Source: Gemmatimonadota bacterium
GTDB lineage: Bacteria > Gemmatimonadota > Gemmatimonadetes > Gemmatimonadales > GWC2-71-9
Reading direction: 5' to 3'
NCBI GenBank assembly: GCA_009692185.1
Contig: SHZT01000002.1
Span: 33,455 to 97,454 of the forward strand
DNA: 64,000 bases
This document shows, piece after piece, positions 1-9,810 of the stretch; within the stretch, counting starts at the first letter, position 1; the number at the start of each line of letters is the position of its first letter. A program made the position numbers and the translations under genes. The notes below the pieces were generated by a model. It saw only the letters and a program-made list of their open reading frames with translations. It was not told the origin of the DNA and searched no databases.

Positions 1-1466
1 GCCACCGTCAGCAACCCGACCCAGTCCCCGAGCGCCGAATAGACCGTTCGCACATCCGTGGTGCGCACGGTGTCCGCCACGTAGGTGGTATCGTCGAGCC
101 GGGTGCGGTGGTAGACGTAGCCCAGGGGGTCCACGAACTCTGAAATGCCGTTGTTTGCGGACCGGGCCACGCCGACGCGGTTTTCGATCGCTCGCATCAC
201 CATGTGCGCGGCGTGCTGGTAGGGCGCATTGGTATGTCCAAACCAGGAATCGTTTGTGATGTTGACCAGGAAGTCGGCCCCACGGCGACGATAATCCCGT
301 GACAGGGCCTCGAACAACGACTCGTAGCACACCAGGACGCCGAAGCGCCCGATTCCTACCTCGTAGACCGGCCCGGTATCCCCGATGCTGAACCCGCCGA
401 AGAAGTTAATGCCTGCGAACCAGCGGGGATTCACGAACGGCACCCGCTCGACGATCGGCACGAGTACGCGCTTGTGGTAGACGGGCTGGTGATTGCGGGT
501 GCCCGTTGAATCGAACAGGAACGCCGCGTTCCAGTAGTCATATGTCTGGTCGGGATACACCTTCGCGTCCAGTCCGCCGACCAGGATTGGCACGCGGCTT
601 CGCATGGCCTGCTCACCGATCCGCACTTCCCAGTCCGGCCGGCGCATGAAGTACCCGGGGACCGTGGCCTCGGGCCAGACCAGGAGATCGGGACGGGTCA
701 TGTTCAGCGCGTCGAGCGAGAGCGAGAGGACGCGGTTCATGATCGAGTCGTCCGCCCCTGGGACTTTGCTCCACTTTTCGAATTCACTCGGCTGGATGAC
801 CGCCACCGTGCCGAGTGGGCGCAGCACGATGGTTCGTTCCCGGTACATGCCGTAGCCCGCCGCCACTGCCACGCCGGCCGCCACGCTCGCGAGAGCCCTG
901 AAGGCGAAGCGCCGGTCATTGCGCTTGAGCCACGCGAGCGCCAGCGCCACGTTGGCAACCGCCAGCAGGAACGTGACCCCCCGGGCGCCGACGGTGTCCG
1001 CCACCTGCACCAGCACGGGGTAATCGGTGAGCGAGGTTCCCAGGCCGAGCCAATCGAACCGGATGTCGCCCTGGTGCCCGACAAACCATTCCACGGCGGT
1101 CCACCCAACTGGAAACACGAACAGGATCGGCCAGCGGAGCGTGCGGCACACCCAGCCGGTCGCAGCGAACAACACCGCGTTCTCCACTGCCAGGAGGCCG
1201 ACGGTGGCGAAGTACGCCGCCGCGGACAGCTTCGTGAAATGCCAGAGCGCGAAGATCATCCAGTAGAGCAGCAGTCCCTGCGATGCCAACCCGAGCCAGA
1301 GGCCCTGGGCAAACTGCCGCCTCAGCGGGCGCGGGTCGTCCTGTCCGGCCAGGATGAGCCAGACAGCGGGAACCAGGCAGATGAATGACGGAAGGACGAG
1401 ACGGAACGGAGGATAGGAGGCAACCAGCAACAGCGCGCCGGCCCCCACGAGCGGCCAATCAGCCAT
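1..1466 (-). CDS. lnt: apolipoprotein N-acyltransferase (C-terminus lies beyond the window edge)
   Basis: Absent from the ORF track because it runs off the window. My translation of the minus strand from the ATG (rc of cat 1464-1466) gives MADWPLVGAGALLLVASYPPF..., a multi-TM N-terminal half. This is followed by CN-hydrolase signatures GVLVCYESLFEAL and NITNDSWFGHTNAPYQHAAHMVMRAIENRVGVARSANNGIS. Confidence 0.85.
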   Translation of the reverse strand, partial: MADWPLVGAGALLLVASYPPFRLVLPSFICLVPAVWLILAGQDDPRPLRRQFAQGLWLGLASQGLLLYWMIFALWHFTKLSAAAYFATVGLLAVENAVLFAATGWVCRTLRWPILFVFPVGWTAVEWFVGHQGDIRFDWLGLGTSLTDYPVLVQVADTVGARGVTFLLAVANVALALAWLKRNDRRFAFRALASVAAGVAVAAGYGMYRERTIVLRPLGTVAVIQPSEFEKWSKVPGADDSIMNRVLSLSLDALNMTRPDLLVWPEATVPGYFMRRPDWEVRIGEQAMRSRVPILVGGLDAKVYPDQTYDYWNAAFLFDSTGTRNHQPVYHKRVLVPIVERVPFVNPRWFAGINFFGGFSIGDTGPVYEVGIGRFGVLVCYESLFEALSRDYRRRGADFLVNITNDSWFGHTNAPYQHAAHMVMRAIENRVGVARSANNGISEFVDPLGYVYHRTRLDDTTYVADTVRTTDVRTVYSALGDWVGLLTV

Positions 1467-1483
1467 TGGCAGGCGTAGAGACA

Positions 1484-2482
1484 TCACAGAACTACGTCCC
1501 GTCCCTCTTCCGCCGAGCGATAAATGGCCGCGAGGAGCCGCTGGATCTGCATCTGGTCGGTCAGCTGGGGTGGGGCAACTTCACCCCGCACGGCCGCCAG
1601 GAAATAGGCCCACTCCGAGCGGTACGACGTGGTGAAGGCATTCTCCCGCTCAGCGGCCCCGGTCGGGGTCACGTTTACCGGCGTGGCGTGCATCTCCTTG
1701 AAAACGCGAAGTGGCGCGATCGAGGCCGAACCGCGGTCCCCCTGGAGATCGAGCCAGAGCCGTTCCGCGTCGCCGGTATGGCGCCAGGATACGTCCACGA
1801 AGATGGAAGTGCCGCCGTCGCAGGCGATGAGGGCACAGCCGGATGACTCGACGCCGCCGGGGCTGTCGGGATTCTCGAGGGCGGCGGCCACGTGTCGCGG
1901 CCGCGGGTAGCCGGCCAGCCACCAGGCAAGATCCAGCATGGGGAGGCCCAGGTCGAACATGGCGCCGCCGCCCGCCTGCGCGCGCCGGCGGCGCCACTCG
2001 GGGAGCATCCGGGCCGGCCGGTAAATGGACCAGCCCGCCCGGACGGTCTTGAGTTCGCCGAGCTCCCCGTCGCGGAGAAACCCCCGTACCGCCTGCACGT
2101 CGCTCCGGAACCGGTTGTTCATGCCAACCATCACGACCTTATTGGCCCGCGCCCGCGCTGCCACGATGTGATCCACTCCTTCGGCGGTGAGCGAAAGCGG
2201 ACGCTCGCACAGCACGTGCACTCCGGCTGAGAGCGCGGTCACGACGTGTACTTCGTGCAGGTGGCTGGGGGTACAGATGACGACGGCGTCGGGCTTCGCG
2301 TAGGCAAGGAGGTCTTCGATGTCGTCGAACGCATCGGGTACGGCGAAGCGGCCTCCCAGCGCACGCGCCTTGGCCACGTCGTTGTCGCAAACGCCCACGA
2401 CTTCCACGCCCTTGAACTTGGAGAGCACCGGGAGATGCGCGACCTGGGAGATCGCGCCGGCGCCAACAACGCCAATCCTCAT
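1484..2482 (-). CDS. Gfo/Idh/MocA family NAD(P)-dependent oxidoreductase
   Basis: 332-aa ORF with Rossmann start MRIGVVGAGAISQVAHLPVL, the conserved LCERPL segment and the family-typical C-terminal domain. Substrate is not inferable. Confidence 0.8.
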   Translation of the reverse strand: MRIGVVGAGAISQVAHLPVLSKFKGVEVVGVCDNDVAKARALGGRFAVPDAFDDIEDLLAYAKPDAVVICTPSHLHEVHVVTALSAGVHVLCERPLSLTAEGVDHIVAARARANKVVMVGMNNRFRSDVQAVRGFLRDGELGELKTVRAGWSIYRPARMLPEWRRRRAQAGGGAMFDLGLPMLDLAWWLAGYPRPRHVAAALENPDSPGGVESSGCALIACDGGTSIFVDVSWRHTGDAERLWLDLQGDRGSASIAPLRVFKEMHATPVNVTPTGAAERENAFTTSYRSEWAYFLAAVRGEVAPPQLTDQMQIQRLLAAIYRSAEEGRDVVL

Positions 2483-2489
2483 CCGCGCC

Positions 2490-3755
2490 TCAATACCATT
2501 TTTCGATGGTGGCTCCGGGAAAATATGTCGTCACAATCGTCCGGTAGCCCTGGCCGGCGCGCGCGCGGCCCACGGCGCCCCATTGGCAGAGCCCCACGCC
2601 GTGTCCCCAACCCGCGCCCGACGCCACGATGGCGCCACCCTCGCGAACCGTCAGCTGAAACGCCGTACTGCCGAGCGGATCGCCCGCGGGTGTGCGGAGG
2701 ACGGAGCGTATGTCGGGCCCGTACACGGGAATCTCGCCGCGGCCCACCCGCACCCGGAGCTCGGTCACCCGCCCGGAGCGCCCGGTATGCGCGATGCGGA
2801 GCCCTCGCACCGAGTCAATCTGGGTGGCCGCGACGCCCAGAACTGCCGGAATGGTGCGGCGTAATATACCGGTCAGCGTGGCGGGGTCCCATTCGACCCG
2901 CCACCGAAACCGGGGCGAGATGTCGCAGTAGTACCCGCCTCCTGGTTTCCGGTCGGACACCGTGCGCAGGTAGGTCTCGTCCTTGATCGCGCGGAATACT
3001 TCCTCCGGGGACGCGGTCGCGAACCCGCACGTCGAATGGAAAAAGGCGCGAATCGGCCGGCCACCGCTCGCCAAGACGAGCCCCTTCGTTGCCTGTACGG
3101 CCTGGAGGCCCTGCGGCTGTTCGGCGGCGACCCCGCCGTAGGCCTGATCCGTTATGTCAGCCGCGAGGTCGTACCCCTGGGATCCAAAACGGCCGCGGTT
3201 GGCGATGGCGTACGTGCGGGAGACAATCGCCTGCGCCGCCAGGGCCGCCAGCTCATCCGGGCCGCGACGCCCCATTTCCGCCGACACGACGCCCTGCAGG
3301 TACGCATCCACCGCAAGGCGATTTACCACGTAGACCGCCCCGCCCCGCTGGTACACGTCGGCAACGCCGCGGTAGGGCCGGCCGTTGACCGAAACGAAAC
3401 GATCGTCCACCAGGTTGACGAAGGTCACTCGCTCCTGGCGCCACCGTTTCGTGCCCGCTTCGATGACGATGCCCAGCCCCTCCGGACGGACCGTGGCCAC
3501 CTCGCCCGCGGGCAGGCGAAATACCGGGTTGCCATCGACGATGGCGGCGATCTCGCCTTGGCCCGCGCCCCCGATAGTGGCCTTGGGCGCCCCGGTGACA
3601 AGCCCGATCCTGAGTTCCGGCTCGGCGCCGCCCCCGCCCCGGGGACGCGCCATGGGCACCGGCCTGGCGCAGGTCGCCGCGGCGACCGCGAGTGCCGCGC
3701 TAAGCGCGAGCCGCGGCGGCCAGCGCGTCAGCCAGCTTTTCGACGGTGTCGGCAA
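2490..3755 (-). CDS. SpoIID/LytB domain protein (secreted)
   Basis: ORF 2490..3842 carries SpoIID signatures GYDLAADITDQAYGG, FFHSTCGFATAS and GWGHGVGLCQWGA. The ATG at 3842 would overlap hemL by 143 nt. An in-frame TTG at 3755 precedes a signal-peptide-like RLALSAALAVAAATCA, so the start is placed there; the start is uncertain. Confidence 0.75.
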   Translation of the reverse strand: MPTPSKSWLTRWPPRLALSAALAVAAATCARPVPMARPRGGGGAEPELRIGLVTGAPKATIGGAGQGEIAAIVDGNPVFRLPAGEVATVRPEGLGIVIEAGTKRWRQERVTFVNLVDDRFVSVNGRPYRGVADVYQRGGAVYVVNRLAVDAYLQGVVSAEMGRRGPDELAALAAQAIVSRTYAIANRGRFGSQGYDLAADITDQAYGGVAAEQPQGLQAVQATKGLVLASGGRPIRAFFHSTCGFATASPEEVFRAIKDETYLRTVSDRKPGGGYYCDISPRFRWRVEWDPATLTGILRRTIPAVLGVAATQIDSVRGLRIAHTGRSGRVTELRVRVGRGEIPVYGPDIRSVLRTPAGDPLGSTAFQLTVREGGAIVASGAGWGHGVGLCQWGAVGRARAGQGYRTIVTTYFPGATIEKWY

Positions 3756-4986
3756 CGATGGCGTCGGTGTGCGCAGCGGAGAGGAACGCCGCCTCGAAGG
3801 CGGAGGGCGCGAGGAGCACGCCGCGCGAGCGCGCGGCGGCATGGAACCGGGTGAACAATTTCACGTCACACTGCTTGGCCTCGGCGTAATTGCGCACGGG
3901 GCCCGCATGGAAGAAGAACCCGAACAGCGACCCCTCGTGGGCGGCCGTGAATGGCACGCCCGCGACCTCGGCCGCAGCGGTGAGACCTTCTACCAGCGTT
4001 CGCGTACGGCGTTCCAGCGTGTCGTAGAAGCCGGGCCGCCCGGCCAGCTCGAGCCCCGCGATGCCTGCGGCCATGGAGATCGGGTTCCCCGCCAGTGTCC
4101 CCGCCTGGTAGACGTCGCCGTGAGGCGCTACGCGCTCCATCAGGTCCCGCCGGCCGCCGTACGCCCCCACCGGCAACCCGCCACCGATGATTTTCCCCAG
4201 CGTTGTCAGATCCGGCGTGACGCCCGTCAGGGCCTGCGCGCCACCGGCATGCACGCGGAAGCCCGTGATCACCTCGTCGAAGATGAGCAGTGCGCCCGCT
4301 TCGTCCGCGAGCGACCGGAGCACCGCGAGAAATCCGTCGGCCGGAGGAATGAACCCGGCATTGCCGAAATACGGCTCGACGATGATCGCGGCCACCTTCC
4401 CGGCGTGCCGCCCGAGCGTATCCCGCACTGCGTCTGCGTCGTTGAACGGGCAAATGAGGGTGAGCTTTGCGAGGTCGGCCGGCACGCCCGGGCTGTTGGG
4501 CAGGCCGAACGTGGCAACGCCGCTCCCTGCCGCCACGAGGAAACTGTCCGCGTGGCCGTGGTAGGCGCCGTCGAACTTGATGAGCAGGTCCCGCCCGGTC
4601 GCCGCGCGGGCGAGGCGGACCGCGGACATGGTAGCCTCGGTGCCGCTCACCACGAACCGCACGACGTCGATCGACGGCACGAGCCGCACGATGCGCTCGG
4701 CAAGTTCGATTTCCGCGGGGCTGGTGAGCCCGTAGGACGTCCCCCGCTCCAAGGCCTGCTGGATCGCGCGGCGGACGTCCGGGTGGTCGTGGCCGTGCAG
4801 CAGCGCGCCCCACGACATGAGGTAGTCGGTGTAGACCACCCCATCCACGTCGGTCAGCGTGGCGCCGTGCGCTTCGCAGGCCATGACGGGGTCGCCACCC
4901 ACGGCCCGGAACGCGCGCACCGGAGAATTCACCCCACCAGGCAGGACCTTCTGCGCGCGCTCGAACAACTCCCGCGACTTGCTCAC
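3700..4986 (-). CDS. hemL: glutamate-1-semialdehyde 2,1-aminomutase
   Basis: 428 aa starting MSKSRELFERAQKVLPGGVNSPVRAFRAVGG, with a class-III aminotransferase body, matching HemL over its full length from memory. The GTG start overlaps the rimO stop (GTGA at 4983-4986). Confidence 0.92.
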   Translation of the reverse strand: MSKSRELFERAQKVLPGGVNSPVRAFRAVGGDPVMACEAHGATLTDVDGVVYTDYLMSWGALLHGHDHPDVRRAIQQALERGTSYGLTSPAEIELAERIVRLVPSIDVVRFVVSGTEATMSAVRLARAATGRDLLIKFDGAYHGHADSFLVAAGSGVATFGLPNSPGVPADLAKLTLICPFNDADAVRDTLGRHAGKVAAIIVEPYFGNAGFIPPADGFLAVLRSLADEAGALLIFDEVITGFRVHAGGAQALTGVTPDLTTLGKIIGGGLPVGAYGGRRDLMERVAPHGDVYQAGTLAGNPISMAAGIAGLELAGRPGFYDTLERRTRTLVEGLTAAAEVAGVPFTAAHEGSLFGFFFHAGPVRNYAEAKQCDVKLFTRFHAAARSRGVLLAPSAFEAAFLSAAHTDAIVADTVEKLADALAAAARA

Positions 4987-6296
4987 GGCAGGGCCACCGC
5001 GCGGAAGTCATAGTCCTCGCACTCCTCCACGCGCACCTTCACCAGGTCACCTGGGCGCGCCCATCCGCCTTCCCTGAGGTGGGTGACGCCATCCACGTCG
5101 TCCGCTTGCCAGGGCACCCGGCCCGTGTGTGTCGTTCCGGTCTCCGGGGCAGACACCTCGTCCACCAGCACCGTCGTTTCCCGCCCGACATAGCGCGACA
5201 GCCGGTCTTCCGAGATCCCGCGCTGGAGTTCGCTCAGTTCTTCCTGGCGCGCGCGTTTCACTTCGTCCGGCACGTCATCTTCGAACTCGGCGGCGCGGGT
5301 GCCATCCTGGGGCGAGTAGGTGAACACCCCCAGCCGTTCGAACGTGATTTCGCTCGCGAAGTCACAGAGGGTCCGGAAATCGTCGTCCGTCTCGCCGGGG
5401 AAGCCAACGATCGTCGTGGTTCGCACGGCGATGTCCGGAACCGCTTCGCGGAGCCAGGCCACCTTTCGCCGGATCGTGTCCTGTCGTTCCGGGCGGCGCA
5501 TGCGCTCGAGCATGCGGTCCGCCGCATGCTGGATGGGGATGTCTATGTACGGGACGATGCGCCGCTCGCGGGCCATGAGGTCTACCAGACGATCGGTCAG
5601 CCCAGCGGAGTAGACGTAGAGCAGGCGGAACCAGGGAATCGTCGTCTCTTTCAGCAGCGCTTCGAGAAGGTCCGGCAGTCTCGGGCCATCCTTGCCCAGG
5701 TCGCGCCCGAAGTGGCCGAGGTCCTGCGCTACCAGGTTCACTTCCTTGGCACCCTGGGCCTCGAGCTGCTGGGCTTCACGTATGAGCCGCTGGAAGGGTT
5801 CCGACCGGTGCTTGCCGCGCATGAGCGGGATTGCGCAAAACGCACAGGTGTGGTCGCAGCCTTCGGAAATCTTGAGGTAGCGGACGTGGGCCCCATCGCC
5901 CAGGTATTGCCGCACCCCGGGGTGGCCCGCGACCGGATCGGGCATGAGCCCCCGCTCAGCGAGCGCCAGCGCCAGCTTGTGCAGGTCGCTGAACCCGAGG
6001 AACATGTCCACCTCGGGCATTTCCTTCCGCATCTCCGCGCCATAGCGCTGGACCAGGCAACCGACGGCCACAACGGCCTTCACGTTGCCGGTTTCCTTGA
6101 GCTTGGCCGCTTCGAGGATGGCTTCGATGGACTCGCGCTTGGCCGCGTCAATGAAGCCGCAGGTATTGATCAGGATCACGTCGGCCGCGGCGAGGTCGGG
6201 CACAACCACCGCGCCGTGACCCACGAGGTCGCCCACCAGGCGCTCGGAATCGACCGTCGCCTTGTCACAGCCCAGGGAGATCACGCCCAGCTTCAC
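4983..6296 (-). CDS. rimO: ribosomal protein S12 methylthiotransferase
   Basis: 437 aa with an MTTase N-domain (KLGVISLGCDKATVDSE), a radical-SAM cluster ISEGCDHTCAFCAIP and a C-terminal TRAM-like domain (GDLVKVRVEECEDYD). Confidence 0.9.
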   Translation of the reverse strand: MKLGVISLGCDKATVDSERLVGDLVGHGAVVVPDLAAADVILINTCGFIDAAKRESIEAILEAAKLKETGNVKAVVAVGCLVQRYGAEMRKEMPEVDMFLGFSDLHKLALALAERGLMPDPVAGHPGVRQYLGDGAHVRYLKISEGCDHTCAFCAIPLMRGKHRSEPFQRLIREAQQLEAQGAKEVNLVAQDLGHFGRDLGKDGPRLPDLLEALLKETTIPWFRLLYVYSAGLTDRLVDLMARERRIVPYIDIPIQHAADRMLERMRRPERQDTIRRKVAWLREAVPDIAVRTTTIVGFPGETDDDFRTLCDFASEITFERLGVFTYSPQDGTRAAEFEDDVPDEVKRARQEELSELQRGISEDRLSRYVGRETTVLVDEVSAPETGTTHTGRVPWQADDVDGVTHLREGGWARPGDLVKVRVEECEDYDFRAVALP

Positions 6297-6796
6297 GAGC
6301 GATAGTTACCGAATTTGAGCTCGATGCCGAAGTCCTTCGAGCGAAGGAAGGCCATGACCGTCTGTAATTCGTCCTTGGAGGGGCTGCTTACGCGGAGTTC
6401 TTCGCCCTGGATTGCCACCTGGACCTTCTTGAAACTCTGCGCCTTCACCGCCTTCACAATGTCCTTGGCGGTCTCGGTCACGATGCCCTGGGTCAGGGTG
6501 ATGTCGCGGCGCACCTTGTCGCCCGAGGCGGGCTGGATGTCGCCGATCTCGAGGTTTTTCACCGGGACGCCCCGCTTGATCATCTTGCCCTGCAGGATAT
6601 CCAGCACGGCTTTCATCTTGTAGTCGTTGTCTGCCTCGAGCTGCAGCAGGCCCTTGGCGCGATCGAAGGTGATCGAGCAGTGCGATCCCTTGAAGTCATA
6701 CCGCTGCCCGATCTCCTTGAGCGACTGATTGACCGCGTTGTCGACCTCCTGGAGGTCAGCCCCGGTAGAGACGTCGAACGACGACTGCGTTGCCAT
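6293..6796 (-). CDS. yajQ: YajQ family (UPF0234) nucleotide-binding protein
   Basis: ORF 6293..6844. The family-length protein starts at MATQSSFDVSTGADLQEVDNAVNQSLKEIGQRYDFKG (ATG 6796), so the start is trimmed to this internal Met. Confidence 0.8.
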   Translation of the reverse strand: MATQSSFDVSTGADLQEVDNAVNQSLKEIGQRYDFKGSHCSITFDRAKGLLQLEADNDYKMKAVLDILQGKMIKRGVPVKNLEIGDIQPASGDKVRRDITLTQGIVTETAKDIVKAVKAQSFKKVQVAIQGEELRVSSPSKDELQTVMAFLRSKDFGIELKFGNYRS

Positions 6797-6850
6797 GGGG
6801 GAAAGTACCGGGGAGAGTGAGCCGGAAGAAGTGAGAACGGCCAAACACGA

Positions 6851-6877
6851 AGGGCGCCGGCAACTTCGCGGCGCCCT
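6851..6877 (-). terminator. GC-rich hairpin downstream of the sigma factor gene
   Basis: AGGGCGCCG (6851-6859) pairs perfectly with CGGCGCCCT (6869-6877) around a 9-nt loop. On the minus strand it is followed by TCGTGTTTGG and lies 32 nt after the stop at 6909. Confidence 0.45.
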
Positions 6878-6908
6878 GCTGACATCCTACTTCCCTGCTC
6901 CTCCTGCC

Positions 6909-7814
6909 TCACTGCCCCAGGAAGCTCTCCAGGGCCCGCGCGCGGCTCACGTGACGGAGGCGGGCGAGGGCCTTTTCCTTGATCTGCCGGACGCGTTCCC
7001 GGGTGATGCCCAGCATGCTCCCGATTTCCTCCAGCGTCATGGGCTCCTGGCCGTCCAGGCCGAAGTAGAGACGGAGGATCTTGGCTTCGCGTTCCTTGAG
7101 GCCCGAGAGCACCTCCTCGATGGACTCGGTGAGCGCGTGCTCGAATGTCTCGTCGTCGGGCCCCGGGTTCTGCGTGTCGGGCAGGTAGTCCAGGAGCTTG
7201 TTGTCTTCGCCGGGCGTGAGCGGCGCGTCGAGCGACAGGTGGCTCTGGGAAATCGAGAGCGTCTTGGCGACCTCCTCCTCGGAGATGTCCATACCCTCGG
7301 CGATCTCTTCAACGGTCGGTTCGCGTCCCAGTTCCTGGAGCAGCGCGGAGGACCGCTTGCCGATGCGATGCAGCGTGCCCGCGCGGTTGAGCGGCACGCG
7401 GACGATGCGGCTCTGTTCCGCCAGCGCCTGCAGAATGGCCTGGCGAATCCACCACACCGCATAGGAAATGAACTTGATGCCCTTGGTCTCGTCGAACTTG
7501 TGGGCCGCGCGGATCAGGCCAAGGTTGCCCTCGTTGATGAGGTCGGCGAGGCTCACGCCCTGGTTCTGGTATTTCTTGGCGACGGAAACGACGAAACGCA
7601 GGTTGCTGCGGACCAGCTTGTCGAGGGATTCCTCACAGCCGACGCGAATCTTCTGGGCCAGTTCGACCTCGTCCTCGCGCGTGATCAGCGGATACTGGCT
7701 GATCTCGCGGAGATACTGGTCGAGCGACCCCTCGTCGAAAGTGGCTCGTCTGACCGAACCGATCCGCATTGCGGGTGGCGCCTCCCCTTTACGCACGACC
7801 GCCCGGTACTTCAT
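6909..7814 (-). CDS. rpoD: RNA polymerase primary-like sigma-70 factor (short, no region 1.1)
   Basis: Region 2 is DLINEGNLGLIRAAHKFDETKGIKFISYAVWWIRQAI and region 4.2 is TLEEIGSMLGITRERVRQIKEKAL. The start is set at MKYRAVV (ATG 7814) because the 74 upstream codons of ORF 6909..8036 look non-coding. Confidence 0.85.
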   Translation of the reverse strand: MKYRAVVRKGEAPPAMRIGSVRRATFDEGSLDQYLREISQYPLITREDEVELAQKIRVGCEESLDKLVRSNLRFVVSVAKKYQNQGVSLADLINEGNLGLIRAAHKFDETKGIKFISYAVWWIRQAILQALAEQSRIVRVPLNRAGTLHRIGKRSSALLQELGREPTVEEIAEGMDISEEEVAKTLSISQSHLSLDAPLTPGEDNKLLDYLPDTQNPGPDDETFEHALTESIEEVLSGLKEREAKILRLYFGLDGQEPMTLEEIGSMLGITRERVRQIKEKALARLRHVSRARALESFLGQ

Positions 7815-8322
7815 TGAGGCACCGGGCGTTTCCAATCGAGCTATGAACTGGTATTGACCTGCGAGCGGTGGGCGCAGGCCCACCAATGATTCATCGCACG
7901 ACCACACGAATGGACCTTCACGATGGGATCGCTGAGAAGACGATGGATTCGAACTGTGTCCGGGGCGATTGAACCACTCGGCACCCTGTAACTGCAAGGT
8001 TGGATTTAGCTTACTCACGCCTTCCCAGTGGCGCAACTGTCACGGACCACCCTCGTCCGCTGGCCCATGGACGCAACGCGGCCAGCAATTCACCGCTTTC
8101 GCATTCATGTTCCAGCGTCGCCGCCACGCACGCCGAGCGGTCGCCCCAGGCGAACTCCGCGCGCAGCACGCGGGCGCGCGGAAGGTCTCCGAGCGCACGC
8201 AGATCGAGCACGGCGCCTCCGGCTGAGAGTATGACTGCCACGGATTGTCGCGACACGCGAAGACTGTAGCACGGGAAGGACCTGCGGAGCGTACCAAAAC
8301 AGCCGTGGGGTGGTACGAAAAA

Positions 8323-9810
8323 CTACCGATTGTCGATCTGCGCCCGCTGCAGGTGTCCGGAGTAGTCGACGTAGACGACCTTGGTCTCGGAAAAGAAATC
8401 GTAGACCTGCCAGCCGCCCTCGCGGTGCCCGTTGCCGGTCTGCTTCACGCCGCCGAACGGCAAGTGCGCTTCCGCGCCGATGGTCGGCGCGTTGACGTAG
8501 GTAATGCCGGTCTCCAGCGCGGTCATGGCGCGGAAGCCGGAATCGAGGTCGGCCGTGTAGAGACTGCTCGAGAGCCCATAGCGGACATCGTTGTTCACCT
8601 TGATGGCTTCATCGAGATCCTTCACCCGTATGACCGCCAGCACCGGCCCGAACACCTCCTCCTGCTCGAGCCGCATGCCGGGCCGCACGCCGGCGAACAC
8701 CGTGGGCCGGAAGAACCAGCCGCGTCCCAGCCGCTCACCGCGGGGGGCGTTGCCGCCGGTTTCAAGCACGCAGCCCTCGTTTTTCGCGATGTCCACGTAC
8801 CGCTCCACCTTGTCGCGCGCTGCCTCGTTGATCAGCGGACCAACATGGGTCTTGGCATCGAGGCCGTCTCCCATGCGGAGGTTCTCCGCGGCATCGCACA
8901 CCATGCGGAGAAAGCGATCGTGGATCTTCCGCTGGAGAATGAGGCGGGACGTCGCCGTGCAGCGCTGGCCGGTGGTGCCGAACGCGCCCCACAGGACGCC
9001 CTCGAGTGCCAGGTCAAGGTTTGCATCGTTGAGCACGATCTGCGCGTTCTTCCCGCCCATTTCCAGCGACAGCCGCTTGTGCATGCGGCCACAGGTGGCG
9101 CCGACGAGCGCTCCCGTCTCGGTGGACCCCGTGAACGAGATCACTGGCACGTCCGGATGCTCGACCAGCGCGCGACCCGCCGTTTCGCCGCGACCGTGCA
9201 CCAGCTGGACGACGTCCGGCGGGAGGCCGGACTCGAGGAGGACTTCCACGAGCAGCGTGGCGGTCAGGGGCGTGTCTTCCGCCGGCTTGAGAATCACCGC
9301 GTTTCCGCAGACCAGCGCGGGAAACATTTTCCAGGTCGGGATGGCGAGCGGAAAGTTGAACGGGGTGATCAGTCCGGCAACGCCGATGGGCCGGCGGAAG
9401 GACATGGCCCACTTGTTCCGCAGTTCGGAGGGCACCGTGTGGCCGAACAGGCGGCGTCCCTCGCTGGCCGCGTAATACGCCGTGTCGATTGCTTCCTGCA
9501 CGTCCCCGCGGGCCTCGGCGAGCACCTTGCCCATTTCGCGGGTCATCGCGCGGGCAATTTCTTCCTTCTTCTTTGTCAGGCCGTCGCCGACACGCTTGAG
9601 GACCTCGCCGCGGAGCGGCGCGGGGGTCGCGGCCCATGCAACGGCACCTCGGGTGGCTGCCCGCACCGCCCGGGCGACGTCGCGGGCGTCGGACTCGGGA
9701 AACCGGCCGACCACGTCGTACCAGCGAGCCGGGTTCCGGTTCTCGAAGTAGTCACCCGCGACGGGGGCTACCCACTCACCGGCGATGAAGTTGCGGTAGG
9801 TCCTGGCCAT
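8323..9810 (-). CDS. aldehyde dehydrogenase family protein
   Basis: 495 aa with FTGSTETG, LEMGGKNA (ELGGK-like) and the catalytic-Cys region GQRCTATSRLIL. Confidence 0.88.
   Translation of the reverse strand: MARTYRNFIAGEWVAPVAGDYFENRNPARWYDVVGRFPESDARDVARAVRAATRGAVAWAATPAPLRGEVLKRVGDGLTKKKEEIARAMTREMGKVLAEARGDVQEAIDTAYYAASEGRRLFGHTVPSELRNKWAMSFRRPIGVAGLITPFNFPLAIPTWKMFPALVCGNAVILKPAEDTPLTATLLVEVLLESGLPPDVVQLVHGRGETAGRALVEHPDVPVISFTGSTETGALVGATCGRMHKRLSLEMGGKNAQIVLNDANLDLALEGVLWGAFGTTGQRCTATSRLILQRKIHDRFLRMVCDAAENLRMGDGLDAKTHVGPLINEAARDKVERYVDIAKNEGCVLETGGNAPRGERLGRGWFFRPTVFAGVRPGMRLEQEEVFGPVLAVIRVKDLDEAIKVNNDVRYGLSSSLYTADLDSGFRAMTALETGITYVNAPTIGAEAHLPFGGVKQTGNGHREGGWQVYDFFSETKVVYVDYSGHLQRAQIDNR

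Noticed and set aside
3385-5013. Long ORFs antisense to or out of frame with well-supported genes. Examples: 3385..5013 +, 8245..9831 +, 9972..11219 +, 22183..23211 +, 23392..24654 -, 25110..26513 +, 31162..32721 +, 38981..40090 +, 50372..51829 -, 55659..57041 +, 61819..62967 -
   Set aside because: They have Arg/Pro/Gly/Ala/His-rich low-complexity translations with no family motifs. Each fully overlaps a gene with clear motifs on the other strand or frame. This is the expected artefact of very GC-rich DNA with few stop codons.
7945-7985. Possible tRNA gene on the minus strand (T-loop GTTCGAATCC plus a tRNA-Ser-like D-arm string)
   Set aside because: The 5 nt on each side of the T-loop do not pair (CACAG versus CCATC). 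There is no anticodon arm, acceptor stem or CCA context, and the two motifs are only about 11 nt apart. At best this is a decayed remnant, so it is reported as a low-interest finding and not as a feature.
8011-8256. 81-codon minus-strand ORF downstream of the aldehyde dehydrogenase gene
   Set aside because: G/C third-position bias is only intermediate by my count (about two thirds). It has a GTG start without an SD and no recognisable family. It lies in the region I consider a long non-coding leader. Too ambiguous to call.
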